The notes beneath the pieces were generated by a model. The model made no database searches and was not told where the DNA came from. It saw nothing but the letters and a program-made list of their open reading frames with translations. This document shows positions 1 through 9,085 of a DNA stretch of 64,000 nt, piece by piece. The DNA comes from Burkholderiaceae bacterium (GTDB lineage Bacteria; Pseudomonadota; Gammaproteobacteria; Burkholderiales; Burkholderiaceae_C). The first letter of the stretch is position 1; every line of letters starts with the position of its first letter. Location: NCBI GenBank assembly GCA_919902775.1, contig CAKKRJ010000012.1:81728-145727 (forward strand), written 5' to 3'. The position numbers and the translations under genes are program-made.

Positions 1-898
1 AAGCGGCGCGGTTGAATGCGCGCTGGCGGTGGGCTTTGAGCAGATGAATCCCGGCGCGCTGCGCTCGGCCTGGACCGACCGTGCGCCAGCCTTGGAGCGC
101 GCCAACCAAGTGGTCAACACCTTGGTGGACCAGCCAGAGCTGCCCAATGCCATTCGCCAGTTCGCCGGCGCCGGGCGCGCGCACATGCAAAAGTACGGCA
201 CGCGTCTGGAGACCTTCGCCAAAATCCGCGCCAAGGCCAGCCGCCATGCCGCCAACAACCCGCTGGCGGTGTTTCGCAATGTGTTGACCACCGAAGACGT
301 CATGAACGCGCCCATGTTGTGGGAAGGCGTGCTGACGCGCCTGATGGCTTGCCCGCCGACTTGCGGCGCGGCGGCGGCGATTGTGGTGTCCGAAGCCTTC
401 GCCAAAAAACACGGCCTGCGCACAGACGTGCAGATTGCCGGCCAGGCCATGGCCACCGACTTGCCCAGCACCTACGACGCTGGCGACATGATCCGCGTGG
501 TGGGTTTTGAGATGACGCAGCTGGCCGCGCGCCAGGCCTATGCGCAGGCGGGTGTCGGCCCCAAAGACGTGGACGTGGTCGAACTGCACGACTGCTTTGC
601 GCAAAACGAATTGCTGACCTACGAAGGCCTGGGCCTGTGCGCCGAGGGCGAAGGCGCGCGCCTAGTGGACGACGGCGACAACACCTATGGCGGCCAATGG
701 GTGGTCAACCCCTCGGGCGGTCTGCTGTCCAAAGGCCACCCGCTGGGGGCCACGGGCCTGGCCCAGTGCTATGAACTCACACACCAACTGCGTGGCACGG
801 CGGATCAGCGTCAGGTCAAGGGCGCGCGCATTGCGCTGGCACACAACCTGGGCCTGGGCGGCGCTGGCGTGGTGACGATTTACCAGCGCGCCGACTGA
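1..898 (+). CDS. SCP2-type thiolase / lipid-transfer protein (5' end outside window)
   Basis: Thiolase C-terminal motifs ELHDCF, VNPSGGLLSKGHPLGATG, HNLGLGG; reading frame is open to the window edge. Confidence 0.85.
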   Translation, partial: SGAVECALAVGFEQMNPGALRSAWTDRAPALERANQVVNTLVDQPELPNAIRQFAGAGRAHMQKYGTRLETFAKIRAKASRHAANNPLAVFRNVLTTEDVMNAPMLWEGVLTRLMACPPTCGAAAAIVVSEAFAKKHGLRTDVQIAGQAMATDLPSTYDAGDMIRVVGFEMTQLAARQAYAQAGVGPKDVDVVELHDCFAQNELLTYEGLGLCAEGEGARLVDDGDNTYGGQWVVNPSGGLLSKGHPLGATGLAQCYELTHQLRGTADQRQVKGARIALAHNLGLGGAGVVTIYQRAD

Positions 899-916
899 GC
901 GGCCAAGGGGATACCC

Positions 917-1357
917 ATGATCGACAAAAAATTCATTGGCCTGCGCCTGCCGGTGTTCCATGCCACGGCCGAGGCGGAGCAACTGCGCTTTTTCGCCAAG
1001 GCCACCGGCGAGACCCGTGCCGAGTATGTGGACGAGGCCGCCGCCCACGCGGCCGGCCACCCCGGTCTGCCGCTGCCGCCCACCTTTCTTTTCTCGCTGG
1101 AGCTCAAGGCACCGTCAACGGCCTGGCGCGACGAGATGGGCATCGTGCCCTCGCGCATCCTGCACGGCGAACAGGGCTTCACGTACCACCGCATGGCCTA
1201 TGCCGGCGAGTCGCTGAAGTTTGAAACCCGCATCGCCGACATCTACGACAAAAAAGGCGGTGCGCTGGACTTTGTTGTGCGCGAAACCCGCGTGAGCAAC
1301 CCGGCTGGCGAACACGTGGCCGACCTGCGCAGCGTGCTCGTGCACCGCAACGTTTGA
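917..1357 (+). CDS. MaoC/FAS1-type dehydratase, N-terminal half (hot-dog fold)
   Basis: PPTFLFSL and ILHGEQGFTYHR motifs; paired with the next MaoC gene. Confidence 0.8.
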   Translation: MIDKKFIGLRLPVFHATAEAEQLRFFAKATGETRAEYVDEAAAHAAGHPGLPLPPTFLFSLELKAPSTAWRDEMGIVPSRILHGEQGFTYHRMAYAGESLKFETRIADIYDKKGGALDFVVRETRVSNPAGEHVADLRSVLVHRNV

Positions 1358-1370
1358 ACCGGAGAATGGC

Positions 1371-1787
1371 ATGAGCTCTGCACACCTCGACTGCATCAAA
1401 CTCGGCGACGCGCTGCCTGCGCTGACCCTGGCACCCGTCAACCGCACCACCCTGGCCCTTTTTGCCGGTGCCTCAAACGACCACAACGCCATCCACATCG
1501 ACATCGACTACGCGCGCCGCGCCGGCATGCCCGACGTGTTTGCGCACGGCATGTTGTCCATGGCCTGGCTGGGCCGGCTGCTCACGCAGTGGGTGGACCA
1601 ACGCCGGCTGCGCCAGTTCAGCGCGCGCTTCACGGGCATCACCCACCTGGGCCACCAGATCACTTGCAGCGGCAAGGTGGTGGAACTGTTCGAGGTGGAC
1701 GGCGAGCGCCGCGCACGCATCGAAATCCAGACGGCCAACCAATACGGCGAAACCAAGATTCTTGGTGATGCCGTGATCGCACTTTGA
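1371..1787 (+). CDS. MaoC family (R)-hydratase/dehydratase
   Basis: Hydratase-2 motif FAGASNDHNAIHID...AHGM. Confidence 0.85.
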   Translation: MSSAHLDCIKLGDALPALTLAPVNRTTLALFAGASNDHNAIHIDIDYARRAGMPDVFAHGMLSMAWLGRLLTQWVDQRRLRQFSARFTGITHLGHQITCSGKVVELFEVDGERRARIEIQTANQYGETKILGDAVIAL

Positions 1788-1812
1788 TTTTTAAAACCAC
1801 AGGAGAAACAGC

Positions 1813-2637
1813 ATGAACAGACTCGACGGCAAAGTGGCCCTCGTCACCGGATCGGGCCGCGGCATCGGCCAGGCCATCGCACTCAAACTGGCCAGCGAGG
1901 GCGCGCGCCTGGTCATCAACGACCTGGACGCCGACCCGGCACAAGAGACGGTGGAACTCATCCGCAAAGCCGGCGGCGAAGCCGTGGCCTGTGCCGGCAA
2001 CGTGACCGCGCCAGACTTTGGCGAGCGTTACATCCGCACCGCGATGGAAAGCTACAAAGGCATCGACATCATCGTCAACAACGCCGGCTACACCTGGGAC
2101 GACGTGATCCAGAAAATGACCGACGAGCAGTGGTACGCCATCCTGGACTGCCACATGACGGCACCGTTTCGCATCCTGCGCGCTGCCTACCCGCACATCA
2201 AGGCGCAGCACCAGGCCGAAGCCGCCGAGGGCCGCGAGGTGTTCCGCAAGATCGTCAACATCTCTTCGGTCTCCGCACTCAACGGCAACGCCGGGCAGAT
2301 GAACTATTCGTCCGCCAAGGCCGGTGTGATTGGCATGACCCGCGCGCTCAGCCGCGAGTGGGGCCGCCTGAAGGTCAACGTCAATTGCGTGGCCTTCGGT
2401 TTGATCCACACCCGCATGACGGTGGCCGACGCCAACGCGGGCGCCACCATCAACATCGCCGGCAACGACATCCGCGTGGGCGTGAACCCAGAGCTGATCA
2501 AGAGCCACGCCATGCGCTGCCCGCTGGGCCGCGGCGGCACACCCGAAGAGGCGGCAGGCTCGGTGTTCCTGTTCTGCACGCCTGAGTCCAACTACATCAC
2601 CGGCCAGGTGGTCGCAGTGGCGGGTGGGCCGCAGTAA
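1813..2637 (+). CDS. FabG-like short-chain dehydrogenase (3-oxoacyl reductase)
   Basis: TGSGRGIG, NNAG, YSSAK catalytic motif; AGGAG RBS at 1801. Confidence 0.9.
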   Translation: MNRLDGKVALVTGSGRGIGQAIALKLASEGARLVINDLDADPAQETVELIRKAGGEAVACAGNVTAPDFGERYIRTAMESYKGIDIIVNNAGYTWDDVIQKMTDEQWYAILDCHMTAPFRILRAAYPHIKAQHQAEAAEGREVFRKIVNISSVSALNGNAGQMNYSSAKAGVIGMTRALSREWGRLKVNVNCVAFGLIHTRMTVADANAGATINIAGNDIRVGVNPELIKSHAMRCPLGRGGTPEEAAGSVFLFCTPESNYITGQVVAVAGGPQ

Positions 2638-2682
2638 AGGGTCGAGCCAAGCGCCAGCAGCTGCGTGCAGTGCACCGCGACA

Positions 2683-3066
2683 TCAGCGTGGCGCGGTGTC
2701 TGTCTGCAGCATGCGCTGGAATTCGCCGGACGAAATCAGCGATTGCAACTCGCTCGCACCACCGACCAGGACGCCCTTGACGAAGACCATGGGGAATGTG
2801 GGCCAACCCGTCCACATCTTCAGCGCGGTCCGTCGCCGCCACATCGAGAAGTAACTGCCGTACTCCAGGTACTTGCACGGCTGGCCAATCGCCGCGAGCG
2901 CCTTGCGAGCCCGCGTCGGGAACGGGTTCAGCCTCATGCCCACCACGACGACGTCATTCGCAGCCACCGCATCGCGCACTTCATTCACGATGGCTTCGTT
3001 CCACCCTGCAACCTGGCTGCGAATGGCGGTGTGGATGGACAATTCATCGAGAACATGGCGTGGCAT
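2683..3066 (-). CDS. Glutaredoxin-like protein (Grx4-like fold, no active-site Cys)
   Basis: WTGWPTFPMVFVKGVLVGG motif; start taken at MPRHVLDE. Confidence 0.75.
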   Translation of the reverse strand: MPRHVLDELSIHTAIRSQVAGWNEAIVNEVRDAVAANDVVVVGMRLNPFPTRARKALAAIGQPCKYLEYGSYFSMWRRRTALKMWTGWPTFPMVFVKGVLVGGASELQSLISSGEFQRMLQTDTAPR

Positions 3067-3221
3067 GAGAGGCTCCTTGCGATTTGAAGCCGCGACGGTA
3101 CCACGCGCGGCAAGTCCCTCTGCAGGGGCCAATGAATGCGCCTACGCAAAAAGCCGCGCAGATCCGTTCACTTTCCACGTGAGGCGTCGCAGGAGGCGTG
3201 GGCCAGCAGGTGAAGCACCGC

Positions 3222-3520
3222 TGGGGTCGCCTGAAAGTCAACGTCAATTGCGTCGCCTTCAGCCTGATCCACACCCGTATGACGGTGGCCGATGCCAACG
3301 CGAGCGCCACCATCAGCATCGCCGGCAACGACATCCGCGTGGACGTAAAACCAAAGCTGATCAAGAGCCACGCGATGCTCTGCCCGCTGGGCCGCGGCGG
3401 CACGCCCGAAGCAGCAGCAGGCTCGGTGTTCCTGTTTTGCACGCCAGAGTCGAACTACATCACCGGCCAGGTGGTCGGGTGGCGGGTGGCGGGTGGCGGG
3501 TGGCGGGTGGTCCGCAGTAA
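3222..3520 (+). pseudogene. Duplicated 3' third of the SDR gene (direct repeat of 2359-2637)
   Basis: Near-identical to 2359-2637 (WGRLKVNVNCVAF...ESNYITGQVV), lacks the N-terminal Rossmann and YxxxK parts, frameshifted near the end by a heptamer expansion. Confidence 0.9.
3477..3510 (+). repeat. Tandem heptamer (GGGTGGC)x4 plus GGGTGG
   Basis: Read directly: gggtggc gggtggc gggtggc gggtggc gggtgg. Confidence 0.95.
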
Positions 3521-3770
3521 ACGACTGCGCCAAGCGGTGCCAACTTGAGGGAAAGCGACTGCGAATTTGCGGTCGCTGTATAGCGGGCAGCGTAGAAGAC
3601 GACAGAACGATAAGCCTTGGGCCACTGGCACGCCTCGAACACTCAAATCGATACGGCGCAGAGACTATTGGCTTTTTGATGGCCCCAAACCCGAGCCCTA
3701 CTTACCACTCATGCGTGTGGACTTTCTATGGTAATCCCCCCATTTTGCACTGAAGCGAGAAGTAGAACGG

Positions 3771-4600
3771 TTATGCAGCCATGGCCAGTCGCTGCTTGGG
3801 GGTGATGCCGCCCAGGGCCATATTCGGGCGGTCGTGATTGTATTTCCACATCCAGCGGGTAGCGAACATCTGGACTTCCTGCAGATCGGCCCAGTAGTAC
3901 TGGGACAACCATTCATAGCGAACCGTCCTGTTGAACCGCTCGATGTAGGCGTTTTGCTGGGGCTTGCCTGGCTGGATGTATTCGAACCGGATGCCCCACT
4001 GCTTGGCCCAGCACTGAATACGGCCACTGATGTTCTCGGGACCGTTGTCGCACCGAATGGCTTGCGGCTTGCCCCGCCAGGCGATGATCTGCTTGAGCGC
4101 CCTGATCACACGTTCTGAGGGCAGCGAGAAATCGATTTCTATGCCCAGTGCTTCGCGATTGAAGTCGTCAATGACGTTGAACAGCCTGAAACTTCTGCCG
4201 TCTTCGAGTTGGTCGTGCATGAAGTCCATGGACCAGACCTCGTTGATGGCCTGCGGCACGCTCAAGGGCTCCGGCTTGTCGCGCACCAGCCGTTTGCGCG
4301 GCTTGATGCGCAGGTTCAGCTCCAGCTCCCGGTAGATCCTGTAGACGCGCTTGTGGTTCCATTTGAAGCCCCGGACGTTGCGCAGGTACAGGTAGCACAG
4401 CCCAAAGCCCCAGTTGCGGTTGTTGTCGGTCAGGCGCACCAGCCAATCGGCGATCTGCTCGTTCTCGGCATTGCGCTTGGCTTCATAGCGGTAACAGGAC
4501 TCGCTGACGGTGAAGACGTCACAGGCCAGCCGGATGCTGGTGCCACGCCGGGCCACCACTTCTTTGGCCATCTCGCGGCGGCGAGACGGCCGCGTTACTT
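3771..4600 (-). CDS. IS3 transposase OrfB (DDE integrase core), expressed by -1 frameshift as OrfAB
   Basis: [25 protein letters not shown] motifs; 5' boundary set at the frameshift site. Confidence 0.93.
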
Positions 4601-4858
4601 TTTTGCGAGGTACTCGGCAGCGATCTCGGCCTTGAGCTTTTCCTCGATGTACATCTTTTTGAGGCGCCGGTTCTCCTCTTCGAGCTCTTTCATGCGGGCC
4701 ATCATCGATGTATCCATGCCGCCAAACTTGGCGCGCCACTTGTAGAACGTGGCCGTGCTGATGCCGACCTCCCGGCACAGCTCTGGGACAGGTAAGCCAG
4801 CCTCAACGCGCTTGAGCGCATCCATGATCTGGCTGTCGGAAAATTTGGACTTCTTCAT
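4595..4858 (-). CDS. IS3 transposase OrfA (HTH)
   Basis: [11 protein letters not shown]...[23 protein letters not shown]; ends in slippery A-AAA-AAG before TAA. Confidence 0.95.
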   Translation of the reverse strand: MKKSKFSDSQIMDALKRVEAGLPVPELCREVGISTATFYKWRAKFGGMDTSMMARMKELEEENRRLKKMYIEEKLKAEIAAEYLAKK

Positions 4859-4958
4859 GTAGAAATTCTCTTCGAGAAATTTCTACTTCTCACCCCGGTG
4901 GTTTTACGGGGGGATTACCCTATCATGTGAAAAATACGGACAGTTCTAAAATTATGAA

Positions 4959-5543
4959 ATGAAAAATTTATTTCGATGGTTGTTGCTTCTTGGCGTAACT
5001 TTTTTTTCCTTGGCTTATGCACAGAAGCCAGGGTCGCCAAAAGATATTGAACGTATTCAGAAACAGTGCATTGAGCAATTTAATCGTGGAACCCAGGTCC
5101 TTGTCGCGAGGGACTGGAAGCAGCTTGTTGTTGACGCTGATCGGTACATCAAGATATGTGGTTCGGTATGGGGTGATGAGTGGCTTTCGATTGCACACGA
5201 ACGAAAAGCGACAGCCTACCTATGGGAGGACGATCTAAAAAGAGTGATTGAGGCTACCGATGCTTGCTTGTCTGTTCACTATGGAAACACAGGATGCCAC
5301 TTGTATCGTGGACAAGCGTTAATTGCCCTTGCTCGATATCAAGAGGCAAAGACGGCTGTTGATCGAGCGGACAGGTTAATTCGATCAAAAATTGAGAACG
5401 TCGATCGAGAAATGCAACGGCACCAGACATCTTTAGAGCGGGAGGCATCGCAATCGGACAGAACAAATCTCATAAGCCAGCAAGGATGGGCCGAGTCACT
5501 CAGAAAAAATATCGACTTGCGTTTGGGGGCATCTGATCGGTAG
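4959..5543 (+). CDS. Secreted hypothetical protein with TPR-like repeat
   Basis: Signal peptide ending AYA-Q; GQALIALARYQEAK TPR-like helix pair; visibly AT-richer than flanking core genes. Confidence 0.6.
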   Translation: MKNLFRWLLLLGVTFFSLAYAQKPGSPKDIERIQKQCIEQFNRGTQVLVARDWKQLVVDADRYIKICGSVWGDEWLSIAHERKATAYLWEDDLKRVIEATDACLSVHYGNTGCHLYRGQALIALARYQEAKTAVDRADRLIRSKIENVDREMQRHQTSLEREASQSDRTNLISQQGWAESLRKNIDLRLGASDR

Positions 5544-5579
5544 TGGTCTTAACCCGGCCACAGCAAAAGGGTATGTTTT

Positions 5580-5846
5580 TTGCAACTAAGGCATTGCTTG
5601 AATCCCGTACTCAAAAAACTTCGGCAGCATGGCCTTCCTCAAGCCACCATGGCTAATTTGCTAGCGAAGCACATTGGGGACGGGTCAAATGAAGAACATT
5701 GCAGCCAAGCGTTAGCGGCCATTCAGACAATACCCAATGAGCAGATCGGAAGGGTTCTTCGAACCATTCATCTACTGCTGCCGGGCTCATCTACCTCATG
5801 CGAAAAAGTACACGCCCTAATTGAACAATTAAGAAGCGGCGCATAA
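5580..5846 (+). CDS. Hypothetical protein or gene fragment
   Basis: 88-aa ORF in AT-richer DNA, TTG start, no recognised motif. Confidence 0.3.
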   Translation: MQLRHCLNPVLKKLRQHGLPQATMANLLAKHIGDGSNEEHCSQALAAIQTIPNEQIGRVLRTIHLLLPGSSTSCEKVHALIEQLRSGA

Positions 5847-5903
5847 CCTTGTCAGCACAGAATGAACTTCAACGCGAAGCATCCCACTACCAAGGTGGTC
5901 ATC

Positions 5904-6218
5904 ATGAAAGCTGAATACGATCTCTCCAAGCTGAAGTCCAGGAAGAACCCGTACGCATCGAAGCTCAAGAAGTCAGTCTCCGCCTGGGTCGCCCCGACGA
6001 CGCACAGGAACTCACGGATGAGCTCTTTGAACGTGCTGACTTGTACTCTGGCAACAAGCTGATACGCCGAGGCAGGCCCAAGGCCGTCACGACCAAAGAA
6101 TCCGTCAAGCTGCACTTGGATGCCGATGTCTTGGCCGCCCTGCGTGCCACGGGCGACGGATGGCAAACGCGCATCAACGAAACCCTGCGCGCCTCACTGC
6201 ACTTGGCCGAGAAGACCG
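5904..6218 (+). pseudogene. Chimeric, frameshifted BrnA-type antitoxin remnants
   Basis: MKAEYDLSKLKSRKNPYASKLKK N-terminus, then after a frameshift near 5990 PDDAQELTDELFERADLY..RRGRPK..VKLHLDADVLAALRATGDGWQTRINETLR. Confidence 0.7.
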
Positions 6219-6265
6219 GAATTGGACTTGGCAAAAGAGCGGCTCAAACTTTTGAAGAGGCAGAA

Positions 6266-6553
6266 ATGAAAAAGCAAAACATGGGCAGCGATTTCGATGA
6301 CTTCCTCGCTGAGGAAGGCATGCTCGAAGAAGTGACTGCAGTGGCGGTAAAGCGGGTCATTGCCTGGCAGATCGAGCAGGAGATGTTGGCTCAAAAAATG
6401 ACCAAAACTGCGATGGCCAAGAAGATGCGAACCAGCCGAGCCTCCCTCAACCGCTTGCTGGATGAAAACGATACGAGTTTGACTCTGACCACTTTGGCTG
6501 GTGCAGCGGCGGCTCTTGGGCGTCGCATCAGGCTTGAATTGACCCCTGCTTGA
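6266..6553 (+). CDS. XRE/HigA-like HTH antitoxin
   Basis: GSDFDDFLAEEG...AMAKKMRTSRASLNRLLD..SLTLTTL; ATG overlaps (ATGA) the stop of a toxin C-terminal stub. Confidence 0.8.
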   Translation: MKKQNMGSDFDDFLAEEGMLEEVTAVAVKRVIAWQIEQEMLAQKMTKTAMAKKMRTSRASLNRLLDENDTSLTLTTLAGAAAALGRRIRLELTPA

Positions 6554-6602
6554 TTTTCACAAGGTGATCGTGGCGCCCCTCTGCTGATCGCAGGCGCTTC
6601 TG

Positions 6603-7850
6603 TCAGATCGCCCCTTGCTTGCGCAAGCCTTCGCGCTGCTGGGGCGTGAGGCCGAGCCAGTCGCCGTAGACCTCGTCGTTGTCCTGGCCGATGTCGCCTC
6701 CGGTGCTGTAGACCGCCCCCGGATCGTGGTGAAAGCGCGGCACCACGTTCTGGATCGGCACTGTGCCGAAGTCGCGGTCAGGCACTTGGCACAGAAAGCC
6801 GCGCGCCTTCACTTGCGCGTCCTCGGCGATCTGGCGCGCCGAGTAGATGGGGGCCACAGTGCCCTCGTGGCGCGCGAAGCGCTCTAGCGCATCGTCCAAG
6901 TCGTGTTGGGCGAACCAGTTTCGAAACAGCGTGTTGAGCGTGTCCGTGTGGGCGCAGCGCTCGCGGTTGCTGGTGTAGAGCGGGTTGGCGATGAGGTCAT
7001 CTCGGTCGATGGCCCGGCAGTTGGCTGCGAACAGCGCGTTGGTGCTGCCCGACAAAGAGATCCACTGCCCGTCACGCGTTTGGAAGACGCCGGTGGGTGC
7101 CGAGTATTGGCTGGCATTGCCCGAGCGTTCGTGTGACTCGCCGAGCAGCGCGTGTTTGATCGGCAAAAACTCCATGAGTTTGAGCATGGCTTCGGTCAGC
7201 GACAGATCGATCTCTTCGCCCAGGGCCTCGGGGTCGCGGGCGCGCTTCCACAGCGCCGCCATCACGCCCAAAGCACCAAACAGGCCGCCCACCGAATCGC
7301 CGATGGGATAGCCCGCGTGCATGGGTTCACCCTCGGCTTCGCCGGTGATGTAGGTGAGGCCGCCCATGGCCTCGAAGATCCGCGTGAAGCCTGGGCGGTC
7401 GCGGTACGGGCCGGTTTGGCCAAAGGCAGAGGTGCGCAGAATCACCAGGCGCGGCTGCAGCGCCCACAGCGTCTCGCGCGGCAGGCCCCAGCGCTCAAGC
7501 GTGCCGGGGCGAAAGTTTTCGATCAACACGTCAAAGCGCGGCAGCAGTTGCTTGAAAAGCGCCAGGCCTTCGGACTGGCGCAGGTCCAGCGAAATCAGCT
7601 TTTTGTTGCGGTTGGTGACCTTCCACCACAGCGGCTTGCCGTCTTTGAACGGTGGGAAACTGCGGCAGCCGTCGCCGCTGCCAGGCAACTCGACTTTGAG
7701 CACCTCGGCGCCATAGTCGGCCAGCAACGCAGCGGCCGAGGGCGCCGCAATGATAGTGGCGATGTCGAGCACGCGCAGGCCAGTCAGCGGGCCTTGCCCT
7801 TGAAAGGGTGGCCGATCGGCGGGCGTGGCATGGGGTTTTGAGGTGGTCAT
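6603..7850 (-). CDS. CaiB/BaiF class III CoA-transferase
   Basis: LTGLRVLD, LADYGAEVLKVE, RNKK, ENFRPG motifs. Confidence 0.92.
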   Translation of the reverse strand: MTTSKPHATPADRPPFQGQGPLTGLRVLDIATIIAAPSAAALLADYGAEVLKVELPGSGDGCRSFPPFKDGKPLWWKVTNRNKKLISLDLRQSEGLALFKQLLPRFDVLIENFRPGTLERWGLPRETLWALQPRLVILRTSAFGQTGPYRDRPGFTRIFEAMGGLTYITGEAEGEPMHAGYPIGDSVGGLFGALGVMAALWKRARDPEALGEEIDLSLTEAMLKLMEFLPIKHALLGESHERSGNASQYSAPTGVFQTRDGQWISLSGSTNALFAANCRAIDRDDLIANPLYTSNRERCAHTDTLNTLFRNWFAQHDLDDALERFARHEGTVAPIYSARQIAEDAQVKARGFLCQVPDRDFGTVPIQNVVPRFHHDPGAVYSTGGDIGQDNDEVYGDWLGLTPQQREGLRKQGAI

Positions 7851-7888
7851 TGGGTGTTCCCGGTGGGGCGCCTGCGCGCCCTTGGCGA

Positions 7889-8935
7889 TCAGTTCTTGAA
7901 GGACAGGTTCAAGTCGCGCGCCAGCCGTTCGATCTGTGCGCGCTGTTGCTCGAACTGGGCCAACGCCTGGGCACTGCTGCTGCTTTCTGCGTCGATGCCG
8001 GCCGCACGCAAGGTGTTGCGCACCTCCGGGTTTTTGAGCACGTCGACAAGGTGGCGGTTGAGCAAGGCGACCATGGGCGCGGGTGTGCCCGCTGGCGCCA
8101 CCAGCATGAACCAGGGGGTGACGCCCTCGATCTCGCGGGTCAGGCCTTGCTCGCTGCTGGTGGGCACCTCGGGTGTCAGCGCAGATCGGCGCGGCTCGGT
8201 CACGGCCAGCAGGCGGATGTTGCCGCGCTCGACCAGGGGCCGCACCGACTGGTAGTCCAGTATCGCGAAGTCCACTTCGCCTGCCGCGACCGCCACCGCC
8301 GTCGGCGCGTTGCCTTTGTAGGCGACCGCGATGGCCTCGGCCCCGATGGAGCGCACCAGCATGAGCGCCGCCAGGTGCGGGTTGCTGCCGTTGCCGCCTT
8401 GGCCAAAGCTGAGCTTGCCGCTGTTGGCCTTGGCGTAGGCGACAAACTCCTGCGCATTCTTGGCCGGCAGGTTGGCGCGCACCGCCAGGAATGAGGGGGC
8501 ACGGCCGAGCATGGTGACCGGCACAAAATCCTTGCCGGGCACGAAGCCGAAGTCAGCAAACATCAAAGGAAAGCTGGTGCTGACCGCGTTCGCGACACCC
8601 AGCGTGTAGCCATCGGGCGCGGCCTTGGCGACCATCTCCATGCCGATGCGCGTGGCCGCACCCGGTTTGTTGTCGACGATGAAGGTGCCCCCCATGCGTT
8701 CTTGCAGTTTCTGCGCGATGACGCGGGCCAGGGTGTCGGTGCTGGCGCCCGCTTGCAAGCCCACCACCAGGCGCACCGGGCGCTCTGGATACGTGGCCGG
8801 GGTTGGCGTCTGCGTCTGTGCTTGGGCAGACAGCGCGATGGTGCTGGCGGCGACACAGAATGCGGCACACAACGCCGTGTGGCGCGCAACGCGTGAGGTC
8901 AGACGCATCAGCGTCAGGGCAAAGGGGATGGTCAT
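7889..8935 (-). CDS. Bug/TctC tripartite tricarboxylate transporter substrate-binding protein
   Basis: Signal peptide, YPERPVRLVV, DNKPGA, APDGYTL, YKG motifs. Confidence 0.92.
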   Translation of the reverse strand: MTIPFALTLMRLTSRVARHTALCAAFCVAASTIALSAQAQTQTPTPATYPERPVRLVVGLQAGASTDTLARVIAQKLQERMGGTFIVDNKPGAATRIGMEMVAKAAPDGYTLGVANAVSTSFPLMFADFGFVPGKDFVPVTMLGRAPSFLAVRANLPAKNAQEFVAYAKANSGKLSFGQGGNGSNPHLAALMLVRSIGAEAIAVAYKGNAPTAVAVAAGEVDFAILDYQSVRPLVERGNIRLLAVTEPRRSALTPEVPTSSEQGLTREIEGVTPWFMLVAPAGTPAPMVALLNRHLVDVLKNPEVRNTLRAAGIDAESSSSAQALAQFEQQRAQIERLARDLNLSFKN

Positions 8936-9085
8936 GGCGATGTCTCCAGGTCAGGCCTTGCTCGGCCAGCCGGCCTCGCAGCATGCGGGCCGGTCTTGGA
9001 AGCATCATCGCGACGCCTGCGGCGTGGTGCACCACCCGAAATGAGTGGCGCGGGAAAACCCGCCTGCCTTTTTGCCCCGGCTGGT

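Larger units (their letters stand above)
3730..4919 (-). mobile_element. IS3-family insertion sequence (IS407-like), apparently intact
   Basis: Terminal IRs GGTAATCCCCCC...GAGAAGTAGAA at both ends; 4-bp direct repeat CTAT at 3726-3729 and 4920-4923; orfA/orfB pair. Confidence 0.95.

Noticed and set aside
3555-3580. Hairpin gcgactgcgaatttgcggtcgc downstream of the SDR remnant
   Set aside because: Single imperfect hairpin without U-tract or second copy; no function can be supported
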